From Marinicella sp. (GTDB taxonomy: Bacteria > Pseudomonadota > Gammaproteobacteria > Xanthomonadales > Marinicellaceae), in NCBI GenBank assembly GCA_965230295.1, contig OZ246001.1:3648001-3712000 (forward strand): a stretch of 64,000 nucleotides of DNA, in the 5' to 3' direction. Positions 59,044-64,000 of the stretch are shown piece by piece (the stretch's first letter is position 1; every line of letters starts with the position of its first letter). A program made the position numbers and the translations under genes. The notes under the pieces are model-generated. The model was not told the DNA's origin and did not search any database. It saw only the letters and a list, made by a program, of their open reading frames with translations.

Positions 59044-61035
59044 ATGACGCGAAATACAGGTATTCGACTTAGCACTAAGATGACCATTGTGGCAGCGAGT
59101 TTGGTTATTATCACTTTATTGATTTCGATTTTCATCACGCTGTATTTTGGTAATCAAATGGCCAATGAATCAATCAACAAAAAACTTGATTCCAGCCAAT
59201 TGATTCAACAAGAATTCAGTACGCAGAAACTTCGACAATTGGAGCTGGTCTCACTGCTGATGGCATCTGACCCTGCATTTGTGGCTTATGTTGCCCAGAC
59301 CATATTTGATCTTGAATCTGGCGAACAACCAGATGTCGCATCCATCAGTGATTTGCTGTTAGAGAGAAAACAACAATATGGTTTTGATTTGGCAGTCATT
59401 GCAACAGCAGATGGACAACAATTAGCCAGATCAGATCAAGCTATGGCAGCTCCACGAGATTTACAAGACATGGATTTGATGGCAAAAGTCATGGTTGAAT
59501 TGTTGCCAACCAGCGGGTACTGGTTAGACAAGGAGCGCATTTATCAGGCAGCGATTGTTCCTTTAGCTCGGGGCAGGAACTTGATAGGTTTTTTGATTAC
59601 AGGTGTGGTTGTAGACAATAGTTTAACTGACACTGTTGCCAATCTAACAGGTACTGAGGTGCTGGTGATAGCTAACGAGAATCCATTAAGGGCTTTAGCA
59701 AGTACATTAGATCTTGATTTGACATCTACTATGTTGGATAAACTGTCAAATCGAGATTTGACTTCTGCGGCGTTAGCTAAACTGAGTATCAATAATTTGA
59801 ATTTGGCGATCAAGCAACAACCATTAACTGAAATAGATGGCATCAAATATGTTTTAGTCAATGGCGTTTCGGTTGATCAAGTCATAGCTCCATTTGCGCA
59901 AACAAGAAACCTCATATTAATGGCTGGTGGTGTGATCATCGTCTTTGGCCTTTTGATGGCGAGGTTACTGGTGAACCAGTCTTTGTCTCCATTAGAGAAA
60001 ATTTCACAAGCGACCAGACAAGTGTCTTTTGGGAACTATTCTGCCAGTTTCCCTAAGAAAGTTGGGCGTGACTTGGCTGATCTGAGTGGCTCAATCAATC
60101 AATTAATCCAGAATCTTAGGGGCAGAGATTCATTGGCCGCGCACATGGTGGAGATGAGTAAAAAATCAGATGACGTTATCAAAAGGCATCAAAGTCCACA
60201 AAAAGAACTCATCAAACCAGGAAAAGTTATTAACAATCGCTTTGAAGTCATAAAAAGTTTGGGCGTTGGTGGCATGGGCGCAGTATTTCAAGCTTTCGAT
60301 AAAGAGCTTGAGGAAGTTGTTGCTTTGAAAGTATTGAAAACTAAAAAAGCCGAAGAGTCAGAAATTAATTTGCTCAAAGATGAGATCAAAGTTGCCAGAA
60401 GGATTTCTCACCCAAATGTGGTTCGCATACATGATTTTGGGCAATTGGCAAACAACGTTTTTATCTCTATGGAATACGTTCAAGGTTACACCATTGAGCA
60501 AATTTTGAAGTATGCCAGAAAGTTGCGTCCACAAGCGGCCAAGCATGCAGCCATGCACATCTGTGAAGGCCTCAATGCCGCTCATAAAGCTGGGGTCATT
60601 CACAAAGACCTCAAGCCAGCTAATATCATTGTCGAGCTGGATTCCTCAATCAAACTGATGGACTTTGGCATCGCCTCAGTAGATCACATGATCAGTGGCC
60701 AAAGGTCAGATGAAATGGTGAGTGGTACTGCAGCTTATATTTCTCCAGAACAAGCTTTGGGCAAAGGGTCTGATGAGCGAACAGATATTTATGCTTTGGG
60801 TGTATTGATGATGGAACTGTTCATTGGCCAAAGACCGTTTTACGCTGCCACAGAGGAAGATTTGATGATGAAACACGTCAATGAAAAACCATTGGCTATC
60901 TCGTCTCAATGGGCTGATGCACCGAAGAGGCTGGACCAATTAATTCTTAAGTGCTTGGCGAAAAGCCCCAACGATAGACCGCAGTCTATACAAGAAGTGA
61001 TCAGCGAGCTTAAACAGATCAGTTTTTCAGGTTAG
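59044..61035 (+). CDS. Membrane Ser/Thr (Hanks) kinase with periplasmic Cache-like sensor and HAMP domain
   Basis: TM-periplasmic-TM-HAMP (PLEKI...GNY...DLADL), then LGVGGMG, VALK, HKDLKPAN, DFG, GT.AYISPE and DIYALG. Confidence 0.92.
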   Translation: MTRNTGIRLSTKMTIVAASLVIITLLISIFITLYFGNQMANESINKKLDSSQLIQQEFSTQKLRQLELVSLLMASDPAFVAYVAQTIFDLESGEQPDVASISDLLLERKQQYGFDLAVIATADGQQLARSDQAMAAPRDLQDMDLMAKVMVELLPTSGYWLDKERIYQAAIVPLARGRNLIGFLITGVVVDNSLTDTVANLTGTEVLVIANENPLRALASTLDLDLTSTMLDKLSNRDLTSAALAKLSINNLNLAIKQQPLTEIDGIKYVLVNGVSVDQVIAPFAQTRNLILMAGGVIIVFGLLMARLLVNQSLSPLEKISQATRQVSFGNYSASFPKKVGRDLADLSGSINQLIQNLRGRDSLAAHMVEMSKKSDDVIKRHQSPQKELIKPGKVINNRFEVIKSLGVGGMGAVFQAFDKELEEVVALKVLKTKKAEESEINLLKDEIKVARRISHPNVVRIHDFGQLANNVFISMEYVQGYTIEQILKYARKLRPQAAKHAAMHICEGLNAAHKAGVIHKDLKPANIIVELDSSIKLMDFGIASVDHMISGQRSDEMVSGTAAYISPEQALGKGSDERTDIYALGVLMMELFIGQRPFYAATEEDLMMKHVNEKPLAISSQWADAPKRLDQLILKCLAKSPNDRPQSIQEVISELKQISFSG

Positions 61036-61062
61036 TTGCGTGATGTAAACATTGCAATCTAA

Positions 61063-61093
61063 AGTCTGCATTGAATCATTGTAAATGCAGACT
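61063..61093. terminator. Probable bidirectional terminator
   Basis: agtctgcatt/aatgcagact inverted repeat between convergent genes. Confidence 0.65.
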
Positions 61094-61106
61094 GTGTCAT
61101 GAAATT

Positions 61107-61532
61107 TTATTCATACGTCACGTCTTCTCTCATAGGGGCAAATATAGCTAACACTTTATTTTGTAACCTAAAAGGAACTTGTGCATCTTCCATCGCCAAT
61201 ATAAAGTCCTCAACAAAAACGTCGTATTCAGAATATTTGATGTCCATGCCACTGTGAGCTTCCACCATGTCAAGGCCCTCATAAACACAGGGCCCACCTG
61301 TTTCCATGCAGATTTGGTCGACAATTTTAATGTGTAAGTCTTCACGGTCTGTTTCTTCAAATAAAAAATCAATTTTTGGATTGGTCAAGATACGATCCAA
61401 CAAATTTTTTGTGATATTTTCAATGACTGGTTTTCCCCCAAGCTTTTCATACAAAGTCTGCTCCGCCCAACTGTTCATAGCAGTGAATAAAAGTATCAGT
61501 CCCAATACTTTGATTTTGAATTGACGCCTCAT
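61107..61532 (-). CDS. Group 1 truncated hemoglobin with signal peptide
   Basis: TLYEKLGG and QIC..TGGPC.YEG.DM..AH.GM; Sec signal ending SWA. Confidence 0.9.
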   Translation of the reverse strand: MRRQFKIKVLGLILLFTAMNSWAEQTLYEKLGGKPVIENITKNLLDRILTNPKIDFLFEETDREDLHIKIVDQICMETGGPCVYEGLDMVEAHSGMDIKYSEYDVFVEDFILAMEDAQVPFRLQNKVLAIFAPMREDVTYE

Positions 61533-62384
61533 TTAAAAACTCCCATTGATAGATAGGTATAGACCTTTTTGGTCAGGCAATGTGGCTATGGTTCCAAGGT
61601 CTACATAGGCTGCAACAACTGAAACATGACGATTCGGCACCCAGGCCACGAAAATATCTCGCCAGTGATCTTCGCCGGCAAAGCTCAAATTAGAACGCTT
61701 TTGGCGAAAGTCAAATCCAATCGCCCAGCTTTTATTTAAAAACATACCAATAGAGGCTTCGGCATTGATATGCCGGTTACCTAAGTCTCCACCAAATCCT
61801 AGCAAACCCAACTCATTGGCTTCCGTTGATCGCAACGTCAAAGTGGCAAATCCATTGAAACCCCATGGTTTACCCAAAAATAATTTTGTTGCACTTAAAT
61901 AATAATCCAAACTACTGTCATCAGTGGCTCCAGCGACAGAAGGAATGAGAAAGTCACGGTTTTTTTTGTGTTGAACCCCAAATGAGATCTGTGGCATTTT
62001 GGTGTAGACTAGATTTCCTGCCAGCCTGACTTTTGCCCCAATCACGTTTTGTTCCAGAGAAGCTCCAGGTAAACCCAATGCTGGGCCTAATGTGACCAGG
62101 TCAAGCTCCTGGCGAGCAACTGATAATTCGAGCCTGTTGCGCCAGCCTAGAGATGCTCCAATCATGTCAAATCTATAATCGTCAGTATCCACGTATGTAT
62201 ACGCGGCAGTCAAATCAGTTTCATCGCTTTCACCATAACCTGCTATGGTTGCCCAACTCACGATACCACTACCTGAAGAACCTTCTACTTGCATGACAGC
62301 ACCAGTACCAAGTTGTCTGCTTCCAGCAAACACTTCTGGAACTACCCCACAAAGGATTACCAAAGAAATAAATATTAACTTCAT
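61533..62384 (-). CDS. DUF3034 family outer-membrane protein
   Basis: TGAVMQVEGSSGSGIVSWATIAGY, RLELS.ARQ, AYVDLG.IA; terminal Phe. Confidence 0.85.
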   Translation of the reverse strand: MKLIFISLVILCGVVPEVFAGSRQLGTGAVMQVEGSSGSGIVSWATIAGYGESDETDLTAAYTYVDTDDYRFDMIGASLGWRNRLELSVARQELDLVTLGPALGLPGASLEQNVIGAKVRLAGNLVYTKMPQISFGVQHKKNRDFLIPSVAGATDDSSLDYYLSATKLFLGKPWGFNGFATLTLRSTEANELGLLGFGGDLGNRHINAEASIGMFLNKSWAIGFDFRQKRSNLSFAGEDHWRDIFVAWVPNRHVSVVAAYVDLGTIATLPDQKGLYLSINGSF

Positions 62385-62915
62385 TAAACTACACACACTC
62401 TTTAACTATGTTAGAAAGATAACATGAAGCGGATAGGAAGAACAAGTTTTGAACCAGAATGGCAGCAAAAAATTAGAATTTTATTTATTTTGAAGCATAA
62501 TTTTATCTAAAGCTTCCGTAGTGTCACTTATTGTCAAATCCGTCAAGAAGTAATGATACGTTAAATAGCAAAGATTGCCTCATGCAAGGTTGGTATAGTT
62601 GCTATTACTAGAAACCACCCAACGTCTAGAAAAGTTAATTAATTATCCGTTGTTCCAGTTTCCAAAAGAAATCAATTGATTGCATATATTCATAACTGCA
62701 AATTCAGCCATTGAAAAATTAATTGAGTATGAAGACACAGGCTCAAGATCTCGCCTGATCGATCAAGTAAGAAAATATTTAAATATTGAAGCTTTTGATG
62801 AAGAGGCAGACTTATTACTAGGTAGCTACCTCAAAACTGTAATAACGAATATACATTTATTGCCTTCAAGGTTTTGAAGTGAACTATAATCTGATTTTTC
62901 CTAAAATTATCTGAC

Positions 62916-63347
62916 ATGAAAGTAGGATGGTGTGAATGGGCCAGTTTGCCTGAGCTTGGCATAGATCAAATAAGAGTAAAAATAGATACAGGTGCCAAAA
63001 CGTCTTCATTGCATATTAACAGCAGTGAAGTTGTAGAAAAAAACGGTGAATGTTTCATTAGATTTCATTGTGAATCTGATGGAATTCAGTCAAAATCCAT
63101 TGTCTTTGAATCTATAATAATAGATCAAAGAGACGTCAAAAGCAGTTCGGGAACATCTCAACTTCGACACGTCATAGAAACCGACATAATAATTGGTGAC
63201 AAAAGGTGGCCGATTGAAGTGACATTAACGAACAGAAAAAAAATGAAGTTTAAGATGTTACTTGGCCGCGAAGCAATGGAAAATATCACAGTCAAACCAC
63301 ATAAAAAGTATTTACAAAACAAACCAAAAGAGGACATCACACAGTGA
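62916..63347 (+). CDS. rimB: RimK-associated retropepsin-like protease (RimB / 'ATP-dependent zinc protease' family)
   Basis: [34 protein letters not shown]; directly upstream of rimK. Confidence 0.88.
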   Translation: MKVGWCEWASLPELGIDQIRVKIDTGAKTSSLHINSSEVVEKNGECFIRFHCESDGIQSKSIVFESIIIDQRDVKSSSGTSQLRHVIETDIIIGDKRWPIEVTLTNRKKMKFKMLLGREAMENITVKPHKKYLQNKPKEDITQ

Positions 63348-64000
63348 AAATTGCTCTGTTATCAAGAAACCCGAAGCTATATTCAACAAGCCGATTGGTC
63401 GAAGCTGCCATTGAGAGAGGGCATGAAATCAAAGTGATTGATATCCTCAAGTGCTACATGAACATCACCTCAAACAAACCTGAATTGCATTATGATGGTG
63501 AAAACCTAACTGGGTTTGATGCGGTAATCCCTAGAATTGGGGCATCCGTAACATTTTATGGAACGGCTGTTTTAAGGCAGTTTGAAATGATGGGCGTTTA
63601 TCCCATCAATGAGAGTGTGGCGATCACGCGCTCCAGAGACAAACTGCGATCATTGCAATTGTTAGCACGAAAAGGAATTGGTCTGCCAGTAACAGGCTTT
63701 GCCAATTCACCTGATGACATTCCTGATTTGATCAAAATGGTCGGTGGCACTCCCTTGGTGATTAAATTATTAGAAGGCACACAAGGCATTGGTGTTGTTT
63801 TGGCTGAAACAAAAAAGGCCGCTGAAAGTGTAATTGAGGCTTTCATGGGATTGAATGCCAATATAATGGTTCAGGAGTACATCAAAGAGGCGGGCGGTGC
63901 TGACATAAGGTGCTTGGTGGTTGGTAAGAAAGTAGTTGCTGCCATGAAGCGACAAGCACAAGAAGGCGAGTTCAGATCAAACCTTCACAGAGGTGGGAGT
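63344..64000 (+). CDS. rimK: Ribosomal protein S6--L-glutamate ligase RimK, 3' partial
   Basis: GTG at 63344: [59 protein letters not shown]. Absent from the ORF track because it runs off the window. Confidence 0.95.
   Translation, partial: MKIALLSRNPKLYSTSRLVEAAIERGHEIKVIDILKCYMNITSNKPELHYDGENLTGFDAVIPRIGASVTFYGTAVLRQFEMMGVYPINESVAITRSRDKLRSLQLLARKGIGLPVTGFANSPDDIPDLIKMVGGTPLVIKLLEGTQGIGVVLAETKKAAESVIEAFMGLNANIMVQEYIKEAGGADIRCLVVGKKVVAAMKRQAQEGEFRSNLHRGGS

Noticed and set aside
62680-62877. 65 aa ORF upstream of rimB
   Set aside because: TTG start with no clear RBS or motif; possibly a gene fragment.
63598-63961. Minus-strand ORFs at the window end
   Set aside because: They are antisense to rimK.

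Overview
This 64 kb window looks like an accessory region of a gammaproteobacterium; a Marinicella-like marine lineage is my inference from gene content only. It starts inside a Rieske oxygenase/reductase pair followed by an RND efflux pair, and ends inside rimB-rimK. Between them lies a dense patchwork of secreted proteins, lipoproteins and peptidases (S8, two S41-like, M19, CPBP, amidohydrolase, HEXXH lipoprotein, TolB/PD40 and ELWxxDGT propellers, MAM, LRR, beta-helix) with local regulators (ArsR, two LytTR systems, XRE, MarR, GntR). Candidate operators for several regulators are visible in the DNA. The most striking locus is an apparently split and order-permuted Rhs/YD system (30930-39484). 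A small secreted protein carries the end of the YD shell, the Rhs core and a C-terminal tip. It is translationally coupled to a 2218 aa secreted protein carrying the start of the shell, five unrecognised 4-Cys repeats and two CARDB-like domains, and no immunity gene is visible. Other candidates are a cupredoxin/truncated globin/DUF3034 module wired to a Ser/Thr kinase, a shared C-terminal (D/E)xIFxxGF tail on three unrelated secreted proteins, a subtilase followed by a stand-alone propeptide-like gene, and a decayed mobile island (IS3 remnant, resolvase HTH, MBL pseudogene). I saw no rRNA, tRNA or CRISPR array. All family calls are motif recognition by eye, not database searches.
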